From assembly GCA_005777235.1 (NCBI GenBank), contig SXND01000007.1:5694-69693 (forward strand): a stretch of 64,000 nucleotides of DNA. The letters run 5' to 3'. The position numbers and the translations under genes are program-made. Under the pieces are notes generated by a model, which was not told the origin of the DNA, made no database searches, and worked only from the letters and a program-made list of their open reading frames with translations. Source of the DNA: Pseudomonadota bacterium (GTDB taxonomy: Bacteria > Tectomicrobia > Entotheonellia > Entotheonellales > Entotheonellaceae). Every line of letters starts with the position of its first letter. Position 1 is the stretch's first letter. This document shows, piece after piece, positions 55,450 to 63,463 of the stretch.

Positions 55450-56535
55450 ATGCACACACAGTGGCTCCTGGCGCGCACCCCTGCAGAGGGCTTGCCGACC
55501 GCAGCGGATTTTCGGCGCGTTGAAGCACCTATCCCGGAGCCTGGGGCCGGACAAATGCTCACGCGCACCATTTACCTGTCCCTCGACCCATATCAGTGGG
55601 GCCGGAGGCGCAGCGGCCTGGAAGTGCCCGGCGAGGTCTGCCATGGCCGCACCGTGTCGCAGGTCGTCCGCAGTAATATCCCGGCGTACCGCGAGGGTGA
55701 TTTTGTGTTCAATACCGCGGGCTGGCAGGAATATGGCTTGAGCGGCGAGGGCGTGTCGATTTTTGGCTATATGTTCCCGCGCAAGCTCGATCCGGCCCAG
55801 GCGCCCATTTCGACCGCCGTGGGTCTCATGGGCATGCTCGGACTCACGGCCTATTCTGGGATGCTGGTGCAGTGCGCGCCGCAAGCCGGGGAGACCGTCG
55901 TGGTGTCCGCCGCCTCGGGGGGCGTGGGACAAATTGCTGGGCAGCTAGCCAAAATTGCCGGGTGTCGGGTGGTGGGGATTGCCGGCATCCAGGCGAAATG
56001 TGATTTTGTTGCTGATACACTGGGGTTTGACGCCTGCGTGTCGCACAAAAGCGCCACCCTGGCAGAAGATTTACGGGCCGCCTGCCCGGATGGTATCGAC
56101 GCCTACTTTGAAAATGTCGGCGGGGCGGTTTTTGCCGCAGTGTTGCCGTTGCTCAACTCACAAGCCCGCATCAGTCTCTGCGGCTTGGTGTCGCAGTACG
56201 GTGCGACCACCGGGGGCGACCCACACGAGGCCTGGATGGCGCTCGGTACCCCGACCTTTGCACGCCAGCAGGTGCACGTACACCGTCTGCACGTACGTGA
56301 GTTTGTCGACGAGCACCAAGCCCGCTTTCTGGCGCAGATGGGCGACTGGATTCGCGCTGGCCAGGTGAAATATAAAGAAGATCTGTGGCCCGGGTTGGCG
56401 CAAGCCCCCACAGCCTTTCGCGCCATGCTCGAAGGCGGCAATTTTGGGAAGACGTTGGTGGGTGTGGGCGATGATCCTACCCTGGATGCGACCCTCCAAG
56501 CCCGCCGCGCCAGCAGTAATGTCTTATCAGCCTGA
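55450..56535 (+). CDS. NADP-dependent medium-chain oxidoreductase (YncB/leukotriene-B4 dehydrogenase-like)
   Basis: Contains the cofactor loop VSAASGGVGQIAGQLAKIAGCRVVGIAG. Length is 361 aa. Confidence 0.8.
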   Translation: MHTQWLLARTPAEGLPTAADFRRVEAPIPEPGAGQMLTRTIYLSLDPYQWGRRRSGLEVPGEVCHGRTVSQVVRSNIPAYREGDFVFNTAGWQEYGLSGEGVSIFGYMFPRKLDPAQAPISTAVGLMGMLGLTAYSGMLVQCAPQAGETVVVSAASGGVGQIAGQLAKIAGCRVVGIAGIQAKCDFVADTLGFDACVSHKSATLAEDLRAACPDGIDAYFENVGGAVFAAVLPLLNSQARISLCGLVSQYGATTGGDPHEAWMALGTPTFARQQVHVHRLHVREFVDEHQARFLAQMGDWIRAGQVKYKEDLWPGLAQAPTAFRAMLEGGNFGKTLVGVGDDPTLDATLQARRASSNVLSA

Positions 56536-56554
56536 ACAGAAAGGGACCGCCCGT

Positions 56555-57991
56555 ATGTTGACGGCGCAACTTACATCGCACATCAATACCTTTTGGGACC
56601 AGGAGATTCTCCCGGCCCTGCACGACTATATCCGCATTCCTAACGAATCCCCGCTCTTTGACCCGGACTGGCAGGCGCACGGCCACATGCAACGTGCTGT
56701 GGATCTCGTCGCCGCCTGGAGCGCGCGGCAAGCCATCCCCGGCGGCACGGTCTCTCTGCTGCAAGATGGGAACCGTACGCCACTGTTGTTGATCGACTTC
56801 CCGGGCGACCTGCCTGACACCGTGTTGATGTATGGGCATCTGGACAAACAACCCCCCATGGTCGGCTGGCGGGACGACCTCGACCCGTGGACGCCCCACT
56901 TGGATGCGGAAGGCCGCCTCTACGGACGAGGCGCTGGCGATGATGGCTATGCCGTGTTTACCGCCCTGGCCACGGTCAAAACCCTCAAAGACCTCGGCCA
57001 ACCGCATGGCCGTATCGTTATCCTGATTGAATGCTCGGAGGAAAGCGGTTCTCCCGACCTGCCGTACTACATCAACACCTATGGTGCCAGCCTCGGCACC
57101 CCAAGCCTCATCATCTGTCTGGACTCCGGTTGTGGCAATTACGACCAGTTGTGGAGTACGACCAGCCTGCGCGGCCAGATGGTGATCACCCTGCAAGTTG
57201 AAGTCCTGCACGAAGGGGTGCATTCCGGCCTGGCCAGCGGCATTGTGCCCAATCCCTTCCTGATCCTGCGTAAGCTCTTGGATCGCCTGGAAGATACGGA
57301 CACCGGCGCATTACGTCTGCCTGAGCTGTACGTGCCCATTCCTGACGAACGCCTCCGACAAACGGCCCAGGCTGCCAGCATCCTCGGCGGAGCCATTGTC
57401 GATGATTTCCCCCTGCTGGACACAGTGCACGTCTTAGCGGACAACCCCGTGGAACTCCTGCTCAACAACAGCTGGCGTCCGGCCCTCGCCGTCACCGGCC
57501 AGGACGGCATGCCATCCGTCACCCAAGCCGGCAATGTTTTGTTGCCCCAACTCACCTATAAAATGTCGCTCCGCCTGCCGCCCACGCTCACCGCGGACAC
57601 TGCCGCTGCCGCCGTCACACGCTTGTTACAGAGCGATCCACCGTTCGGGGCCCGCGTCACCGTCACGGCCAGTGGCGCCAATGGCTGGAATGCACCGGCC
57701 CTGGCACCCTGGCTCGAGGAGGTGACCGATCAGAGTTCTCAGGAGTTTTTTGGCAAGGAGGCGTGCTACATCGGTCTGGGCGGGTCGATTCCCTTCATGG
57801 CCATGCTGGGCGAGCGCTTTCCCGAGGCGCAATTTTTGATCACCGGTGTCCTGGGGCCGCATGCCAATGCCCACGGCCCCAATGAGTTCTTGCATACCCC
57901 GTATGCCAAGAAGCTCAACTGTTGCCTGGTGCGTGTGGTGGCCGCGCATTACCAGCAGGCGCACGAGCGCCGCGTTGCAGTGAGGAGTTGA
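56555..57991 (+). CDS. M20-family metallopeptidase (dipeptidase-like)
   Basis: Contains YGHLDKQPP and GRGAGDDGYAV motifs and CSEESGSPDL. The start is taken at ATG 56555. Confidence 0.8.
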   Translation: MLTAQLTSHINTFWDQEILPALHDYIRIPNESPLFDPDWQAHGHMQRAVDLVAAWSARQAIPGGTVSLLQDGNRTPLLLIDFPGDLPDTVLMYGHLDKQPPMVGWRDDLDPWTPHLDAEGRLYGRGAGDDGYAVFTALATVKTLKDLGQPHGRIVILIECSEESGSPDLPYYINTYGASLGTPSLIICLDSGCGNYDQLWSTTSLRGQMVITLQVEVLHEGVHSGLASGIVPNPFLILRKLLDRLEDTDTGALRLPELYVPIPDERLRQTAQAASILGGAIVDDFPLLDTVHVLADNPVELLLNNSWRPALAVTGQDGMPSVTQAGNVLLPQLTYKMSLRLPPTLTADTAAAAVTRLLQSDPPFGARVTVTASGANGWNAPALAPWLEEVTDQSSQEFFGKEACYIGLGGSIPFMAMLGERFPEAQFLITGVLGPHANAHGPNEFLHTPYAKKLNCCLVRVVAAHYQQAHERRVAVRS

Positions 57992-58063
57992 CGCCCTGGC
58001 TGAAGGTGGTTAAGATGAAAGCCACATGCGGCACGCCCTGATCGCGTGTCGCAGTGTGTCTGT

Positions 58064-58146
58064 GCCGGGGTGGTGGAATGGTAGACACAACGGACTTAAA
58101 ATCCGTTGGGGTAACACCCGTGCCGGTTCGAGTCCGGCCCTCGGCA
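58064..58146 (+). tRNA. tRNA-Leu (anticodon UAA), long variable arm; CCA not encoded
   Basis: The sequence is GCCGGGGTGGTGGAATGGTAGACACAACGGACTTAAAATCCGTTGGGGTAACACCCGTGCCGGTTCGAGTCCGGCCCTCGGCA. It has a 7-bp acceptor stem (one G-U pair), anticodon loop CUUAAAA and T-arm GCCGG/CCGGC. Confidence 0.9.
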
Positions 58147-58231
58147 TTGGTCGGCCTGGGACGTGACGCACGTCCCGCCCAGGTCATCTCCAGTGGTGGA
58201 ACCTCACCGTACCTACAGAGCAGATCGTCGC

Positions 58232-59224
58232 ATGGCCGATATTTTGGTAACAGGTGGCGCAGGATTTATTGGTGCACACCTGTGCACCCGGCTGTGGAAC
58301 GAGGGGCATCACGTCGCTTGCCTGGATAATTTTGATCCGTTTTACGCACCGGCCATCAAGCAGGAACACGTGCGCCGCTTGCAGCAGCTCGCCGGCACCA
58401 GCGGGCGCTTCGTGTACCACGAGGGCGACATTCGCGACACCGCACTGCTCCAACGCCTCTTCCAGACGACCTCATTTGATCTCGTCATCCATCTCGCGGC
58501 CCTAGCGGGCGTGCGCCCTTCAATTGCGCGACCAGTGGCCTATAGCGAGGTCAATATCCAAGGGACACTCCACCTGCTCGAATGCTGTCGGCAGTATCAC
58601 GTGCAGCAGATGCTCTTTGGCTCCTCCTCGTCCGTCTATGGTGCACGCCAGCGTGTGCCATTTGCCGAGGACGACGATGTCAGCCTGCCCGTGTCTCCCT
58701 ATGCCGCCACCAAACGGGCTGGGGAACTCCTGTGTTATACCTACGCCCATCTCCATCATCTCCGCATTGCCTGCCTACGGTTTTTTACCGTGTACGGCCC
58801 CTACCAGCGCCCGGATCTCGCTATCCACAAATTTGCACGCCTCATGCTGACCGGACAACCCATCCCCGTGTTCGGTGATGGCACATCGCAACGTGATTAC
58901 ACCTACGTTGATGACATTGTCGAGGGGATGGTCCGTGCCTGGCAGTGGCTGCAGCAGCCGGCGCAGGCGGAGCACGCGTATGAGATTTTCAACCTCGGTG
59001 GGGCCCATCCCGTGCCCTTACTTCGCCTCATTCGGCTGCTCGAAACCGCGCTGGATTGCCCAGCACAGCTGGATTGGCAGCCCGAGCAGCCCGGCGATGT
59101 GCCACGCACCTACGCCGATTTACGCAAGTCTACGTCCATGCTGGGCTACTGCCCGCAGGTTGATATTGCCACGGGTATCGAGCGGTTTGCCACCTGGTTC
59201 CGGGCGTATTATCAAAGCGTCTGA
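58232..59224 (+). CDS. NAD-dependent nucleotide-sugar epimerase/dehydratase
   Basis: Contains the Rossmann motif VTGGAGFIGAHL and the catalytic YAATKRAGE (YxxxK). The start is taken at ATG 58232. Confidence 0.85.
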   Translation: MADILVTGGAGFIGAHLCTRLWNEGHHVACLDNFDPFYAPAIKQEHVRRLQQLAGTSGRFVYHEGDIRDTALLQRLFQTTSFDLVIHLAALAGVRPSIARPVAYSEVNIQGTLHLLECCRQYHVQQMLFGSSSSVYGARQRVPFAEDDDVSLPVSPYAATKRAGELLCYTYAHLHHLRIACLRFFTVYGPYQRPDLAIHKFARLMLTGQPIPVFGDGTSQRDYTYVDDIVEGMVRAWQWLQQPAQAEHAYEIFNLGGAHPVPLLRLIRLLETALDCPAQLDWQPEQPGDVPRTYADLRKSTSMLGYCPQVDIATGIERFATWFRAYYQSV

Positions 59225-59236
59225 AAAGGAAGCCGT

Positions 59237-60196
59237 ATGAAATTGCTCACCTATGATACGGGCCAGGGACCACAGGCTGGCGTCGTGGTCGATGGGCAGA
59301 TCCTCGACGTCGCTACCGTCTTAGGGGAACCGGGTGGGCTGCGGGACATCCGGGCCCTGCTCGAATTACCCAATGATCCGCTTGTCCGCCTGCGCACCGC
59401 GCTGGCCTCGACCACCATCACCGCTGGCGTGCGCCTCGACAGCGTGCGTCTGCGGGCACCCATTCTCCAGCCGCCCACGGTGCGCGATTTTATGGTGTAC
59501 GAAGGGCACGCCACCGCCGGAGGCACCAGGGAACTGTCCGATGCCTGGTATCGGTTGCCCATTTTTTACTTTTCCAATCCGCTGCGCATTTTTGCCCCGG
59601 ACGATGCCGTGCCGTATCCCTCGGCGGCGGAGCAGCTCGATTATGAGCTGGAGATTGGGGCGGTGATCGGGCGGGAAGGGAGTAACATCGCGGAAGCCGA
59701 TGCCTTAGCGTACGTGGCTGGCTTTACGATCTTCAACGATTGGAGTTGTCGGGACCTACAACGGGACGAAATGCAGGCGCGTCTTGGCCCAGCCAAAGGG
59801 AAGGACGCCGCGACCTCGCTGGGCCCCTGGCTGGTCACCACCGACGAGCTGGCGCCGTTTTTCCGTGATGGACGTTTGCATGTGCGCTGTTCCCTGACTG
59901 TCAATGGCGTGACGTGGATGGAGGGGGATGGTGGCACGATGTACCACACCTGGGGGGCGATGATTGAACGGGCCTCGCGTGATAGCCGTCTCGTGCCCGG
60001 CGATGTGCTTGGTGGTGGCACAGTGACCGGTGGCTCCATCAGCGAAGCGATCTGCAATGGCTATCCGGCACGCTTTCTTCAACCGGGGGATGTCGTGGCG
60101 ATGGAGGTGGAAGGTATCGGGGTCTTGCGCAATACCATCGCCCCAAAGGTGGACGTCGATCCCAACTACCGCTTTAAGGCACCGCCGGGTATCTAG
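59237..60196 (+). CDS. fumarylacetoacetate hydrolase (FAH) family protein
   Basis: The FAH-fold pattern is ...DYELEIGAVIG...FTIFNDWSCRDLQ...GPAKGKD... Confidence 0.8.
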   Translation: MKLLTYDTGQGPQAGVVVDGQILDVATVLGEPGGLRDIRALLELPNDPLVRLRTALASTTITAGVRLDSVRLRAPILQPPTVRDFMVYEGHATAGGTRELSDAWYRLPIFYFSNPLRIFAPDDAVPYPSAAEQLDYELEIGAVIGREGSNIAEADALAYVAGFTIFNDWSCRDLQRDEMQARLGPAKGKDAATSLGPWLVTTDELAPFFRDGRLHVRCSLTVNGVTWMEGDGGTMYHTWGAMIERASRDSRLVPGDVLGGGTVTGGSISEAICNGYPARFLQPGDVVAMEVEGIGVLRNTIAPKVDVDPNYRFKAPPGI

Positions 60197-60199
60197 CGT

Positions 60200-60229
60200 A
60201 GAGCGAGGGAGTATTGCCTCCCTCGCTCT
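60200..60229. terminator. perfect 12-bp stem-loop between convergent genes (candidate bidirectional terminator)
   Basis: The structure is AGAGCGAGGGAG-tattgc-CTCCCTCGCTCT. It lies 4 nt after the FAH stop and ~19 nt after the minus-strand ORF stop. Confidence 0.45.
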
Positions 60230-60247
60230 GCCACTGCACCACGTGTC

Positions 60248-60856
60248 TTATGCCCCAGGCAGGGCCGCGAGGCGTGACAGCAGGGTGTCGACCGCTGCCG
60301 CTCCTGGTGTGGTGATGCCCACCGTCAAGCGTGAGGCCTCCTCACGGCGATGCTCTACGGCCACGGGCTGGCCCGGATACACCTGCGCGAGGAACGGCGT
60401 CAGATGCGGTGCCAACTCCGCGTAGGCCTCCGGGGTGTTGGGCGCCCGGAGGCGGTCGTTACAGCGTAATAACAGCTCATCCTGGTGAAACCGGAGGCGT
60501 CCCTGCAAGGCTGGATGCGTCGCCAGACGTTGGCAGGCCGTGAACGCGCACTGCCATACCGAGCGCAACCGTGCCACGGTGTTGGGTAGGGCGCGACGGC
60601 TCAGATGCGTTTCACGACGACGGCTGTACAGCAGGCCTAGACGCCCGGCAGCGAGGTCCATGGTGTAATGCGCATCATGCGCCACCAGGACCACCCCAGG
60701 ACCGTCTGGCACGTGGCGGTAATCTGCCACGTCGATCAGCAGTTCATCGAGCTGCTGCGTCTGAATAAAGTCATGGAAGACCGGGATAAACTCCTCAATC
60801 TCTACACTCGAACTCTGGTCCACAAACACTTTTAATTCGTACTTCAGGGTCTCCAC
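60248..60856 (-). CDS. hypothetical protein (202 aa), apparently co-transcribed downstream of sulfite reductase
   Basis: The ORF starts 18 nt after the reductase stop on the same strand. Its composition is ordinary. I recognise no family. Confidence 0.5.
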   Translation of the reverse strand: METLKYELKVFVDQSSSVEIEEFIPVFHDFIQTQQLDELLIDVADYRHVPDGPGVVLVAHDAHYTMDLAAGRLGLLYSRRRETHLSRRALPNTVARLRSVWQCAFTACQRLATHPALQGRLRFHQDELLLRCNDRLRAPNTPEAYAELAPHLTPFLAQVYPGQPVAVEHRREEASRLTVGITTPGAAAVDTLLSRLAALPGA

Positions 60857-60874
60857 GCAACACCATCCTCTGTG

Positions 60875-63133
60875 TTAGGGCAGGGCCGGTTGTGGATTGA
60901 GCCGGTTGTAGCACGCATAGGCGGCCTCAATGAACAGGCGGGCCTCTTCAATACGACGCCGCACTGCTTCCAGACTCAGCCCCTCAAGGCCCTCGTCGTG
61001 GGCATGAAACAGGTACAGGGCAAATGTTGGCCCGGCAAAGGGGTCATAAAAGAGCTGCGTGTCATAAAAACGCTGCCGGAATTCGGCCACCAGGTACTCG
61101 AAATCCTCTTTGACATCAATGAATTGGACCTGGATCAGCGCTTTGGCGGCTTGCAGCATCGCGGCATAGGCCGTCTGGGCGGCTTTGGCACTCTCGCCGT
61201 TCTCCAGGAAAAGTTGTGCCTCAAACACCTGCCGTTCGCTGGCGGCTAACCCGAACTGGGTCATGGACACTACCTCACCGGCGCACTCACCAATACCCAT
61301 ATCTCCCAGGCTGTACTCCCGGGGATTGCCCCAGTCGGCGTAGTAAGAGCGGTCCTCGGCGTAGGACGGCACCCGCGTCAGGTCGTCGAGCAGCGCCCGC
61401 AAGCGGGCTTTGCCGATGCGCTTAATGAAGGTCTGGAACGTGTCCCCGTCCTGACGCTCTTTGGCGTAGAGATCCGTCAGCCGCGCCATGGCGTCTGGGA
61501 TACGTTTGGAGGGAATCGCCACCGTGGAGAGCCCGTAGGCCCCAGCGTTGTCGGTGCTTTGGCCACCGAGCACCACCTGGAAATGTGGCACCGCATGATT
61601 GCCGACTTTCCGACTGACGCCATAGAAACCAATGTCGGCAATGTGATGCTGTCCGCAGGAATTAAAGCAACCGCTGACTTTGACATTGAGCGGTCTGACC
61701 GCGGCGTCGAGGCTACCATTTTGCGCCAGAATGCGCTGCCGCAATTCCGCCGTCAGCCCCCGTGAGGACGAAATCCCGAGTTTGCAGGTGTCCGTGCCAG
61801 GGCACGTGGTAATGTCCGCCAGTGTCCCAGCTCCATCTTGTCCTAACCCGGCCGCCACCAGCTCCGTATACAGGGCTGGGAGATCCGCCTGACTGATCCA
61901 GCGTAGGACGATATTTTGCGCCACGGTCGTGCGCGCCCGCCCGCCGTTGTAGCGCCGAGCAATGGCGGCGAGGGTGCGCATTTGCTGGGACGTCAGATCG
62001 CCGATGGGGAGACACAGCGTCACCACCGCGTAGCCGGTCTGCCGCTGCGCGTAGACGTTACTGGCATGCCAGGACGCAAAACCCGCGGGATGCGGGCCAG
62101 TGCCAAGCACACCAGCTGGACGGGTGGGCTGGTCGTCCGTGCCGTGCAGGTCGCTGAGATAGACCGTCCAACGTGGGTCTTCCGGCAAAATGGCTCGCTC
62201 TTCCTGTACCAGACGGCGAAATTCGTCAATACCCAGCTTGGCAATTAAAAATTTCAGCCGCGCCCGGGCCCGATTCCGCTTTTCCCCCAGGCGTGCGAAC
62301 ACGCGGCACACGGCCTGCGCCAACGGCAGTAACTCGGCTTCCGACACAAAGGCGTCGAGCAACTGTGCCTGATGCGGCACGGTCCCGAGGCCACCGCCCA
62401 CGTAGAACTCAAAACCACGCTGGATCTCGCCATGTTCCACCCGCGTGCTGGCAATGAGGCCCAGGTCATGCATATTGACCAGACCGCAGGCATCCTGCGC
62501 GCACCCCGAAAAGGCTGGTTTAAATTTGCGACCAAAATCCTGCGTGTCCTTGTGGCCTAGTAAAAAATACGTCAGGGCATGAGCATACGGCGTGATGTCA
62601 AAACCCTCATCACGGCACACCCCCGCCCGTGGGCAGCCAGTGACATTGCGCACGACATTGCCACAGGCTTCCAGCGTGGTAATGCCCACGGCGGCGAGGC
62701 GGCGCATGAGATCCGGTGTGTCTTCAATATGAATAAAGTGCAGTTGAAAATCCTGACGGGTCGTGATGTGACAAATAGCGTCGGAGTATTCTTCCGCCAG
62801 GTCGGCCAGGGTCTCCATTTGGACCGCGTTCAAGCCGCCAAAGGGAATTTTGATGCGCTGCATTCCCGGGGCATCCCACATGGTCTGCGGCCCTTTGGTG
62901 AGAGCGCCGGAAGGATACGGCAACTGTTGGACGCTCACGCCGTCATGTCGCTGCCCATTATCATAGCGTTGCCCGTAGACGCCCCGGCGCAGGCGCGATT
63001 CCGCAAAGACGCGCTCGTCGATCTTCCCCTGCTGCCGTAGCGTGATCTGCGTCTCGTAAATATGAATTTCTTCATCCATCTCTGGGGCAATCTGGCCCTG
63101 CAAGGCGCCTTTCCAACTCAGAGCATGCGGCAT
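60875..63133 (-). CDS. sir: ferredoxin-type assimilatory sulfite (nitrite/sulfite) reductase with a ~190-aa helical C-terminal extension
   Basis: It has two nitrite/sulfite reductase ferredoxin-like half-domains. The siroheme/[4Fe-4S] cysteine motifs are TGCPGTDTCKLG and SGCFNSCGQHHIADIG. Residues from ~560 onward form an extra helical domain. Confidence 0.85.
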   Translation of the reverse strand: MPHALSWKGALQGQIAPEMDEEIHIYETQITLRQQGKIDERVFAESRLRRGVYGQRYDNGQRHDGVSVQQLPYPSGALTKGPQTMWDAPGMQRIKIPFGGLNAVQMETLADLAEEYSDAICHITTRQDFQLHFIHIEDTPDLMRRLAAVGITTLEACGNVVRNVTGCPRAGVCRDEGFDITPYAHALTYFLLGHKDTQDFGRKFKPAFSGCAQDACGLVNMHDLGLIASTRVEHGEIQRGFEFYVGGGLGTVPHQAQLLDAFVSEAELLPLAQAVCRVFARLGEKRNRARARLKFLIAKLGIDEFRRLVQEERAILPEDPRWTVYLSDLHGTDDQPTRPAGVLGTGPHPAGFASWHASNVYAQRQTGYAVVTLCLPIGDLTSQQMRTLAAIARRYNGGRARTTVAQNIVLRWISQADLPALYTELVAAGLGQDGAGTLADITTCPGTDTCKLGISSSRGLTAELRQRILAQNGSLDAAVRPLNVKVSGCFNSCGQHHIADIGFYGVSRKVGNHAVPHFQVVLGGQSTDNAGAYGLSTVAIPSKRIPDAMARLTDLYAKERQDGDTFQTFIKRIGKARLRALLDDLTRVPSYAEDRSYYADWGNPREYSLGDMGIGECAGEVVSMTQFGLAASERQVFEAQLFLENGESAKAAQTAYAAMLQAAKALIQVQFIDVKEDFEYLVAEFRQRFYDTQLFYDPFAGPTFALYLFHAHDEGLEGLSLEAVRRRIEEARLFIEAAYACYNRLNPQPALP

Positions 63134-63161
63134 ACCAGGCTTCCTTTCCTGCCTACATCAT

Positions 63162-63196
63162 AAAAAAAGCCCACCCCCTGCTGTGAGGGAGTGGGC
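63162..63196 (-). terminator. strong intrinsic terminator inside the sulfite reductase leader (attenuator terminator)
   Basis: The minus-strand RNA is GCCCACUCCCU-cacagc-AGGGGGUGGGC followed by U7. The stem is 11 bp including one G-U pair. The U-tract ends 28 nt upstream of the reductase ATG. Confidence 0.75.
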
Positions 63197-63221
63197 TGGT
63201 GTACTGAGGTCTTCGAGCAAT

Positions 63222-63329
63222 CTATCCGCTCAACCTCCCGGCTCCACCCCCTCCGGCAGCGCAACAACAACACGCGCAACAACAGCAACAACATGGGGTA
63301 GCGCAGAGACAGGCTGACAGAAACATCAT
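63222..63329 (-). CDS. Cys-rich leader peptide (35 codons, 12 Cys)
   Basis: I checked the manual translation codon by codon. It reads ATG ATG TTT CTG TCA GCC TGT CTC TGC GCT ACC CCA TGT TGT TGC TGT TGT TGC GCG TGT TGT TGT TGC GCT GCC GGA GGG GGT GGA GCC GGG AGG TTG AGC GGA TAG, which gives MMFLSACLCATPCCCCCCACCCCAAGGGGAGRLSG*. It is too short for the ORF track, and the SD is weak. Confidence 0.6.
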   Translation of the reverse strand: MMFLSACLCATPCCCCCCACCCCAAGGGGAGRLSG

Positions 63330-63379
63330 AGTGCGGATACTCGCCTAGGGTCGTTTTGGCAAAAGATGATGATGTGCGT

Positions 63380-63409
63380 AAGCTACCACAGCATGCTATC
63401 GTCTGTCAA
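63380..63409 (-). promoter_or_regulatory. candidate promoter for the Cys leader/sulfite reductase transcript (TTGACA-18 nt-TAGCTT)
   Basis: On the minus strand, TTGACA is at 63409..63404 and TAGCTT is at 63385..63380. It lies ~50 nt upstream of the leader ATG. The -10 element is weak. Confidence 0.3.
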
Positions 63410-63463
63410 CGTGCGCCGCTCTACGTGGCGCTTTGTGTGGCGCTGTGCCAGGAGGAGTGAGCC

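Noticed and set aside
58000-58232. tRNA-Leu (and tRNA-Gln at 6824-6895) as integration sites of genomic islands.
   Set aside because: There is no integrase, no duplicated tRNA 3' end (att repeat), and no compositional shift in the flanking genes.
63262-63293. CAA/ACA-rich microsatellite-like run on the plus strand (caacaacaacacgcgcaacaacagcaacaaca).
   Set aside because: It is the reverse complement of the UGU/UGC codon runs of the minus-strand Cys leader peptide. The leader interpretation explains it, so it is not an independent repeat element.
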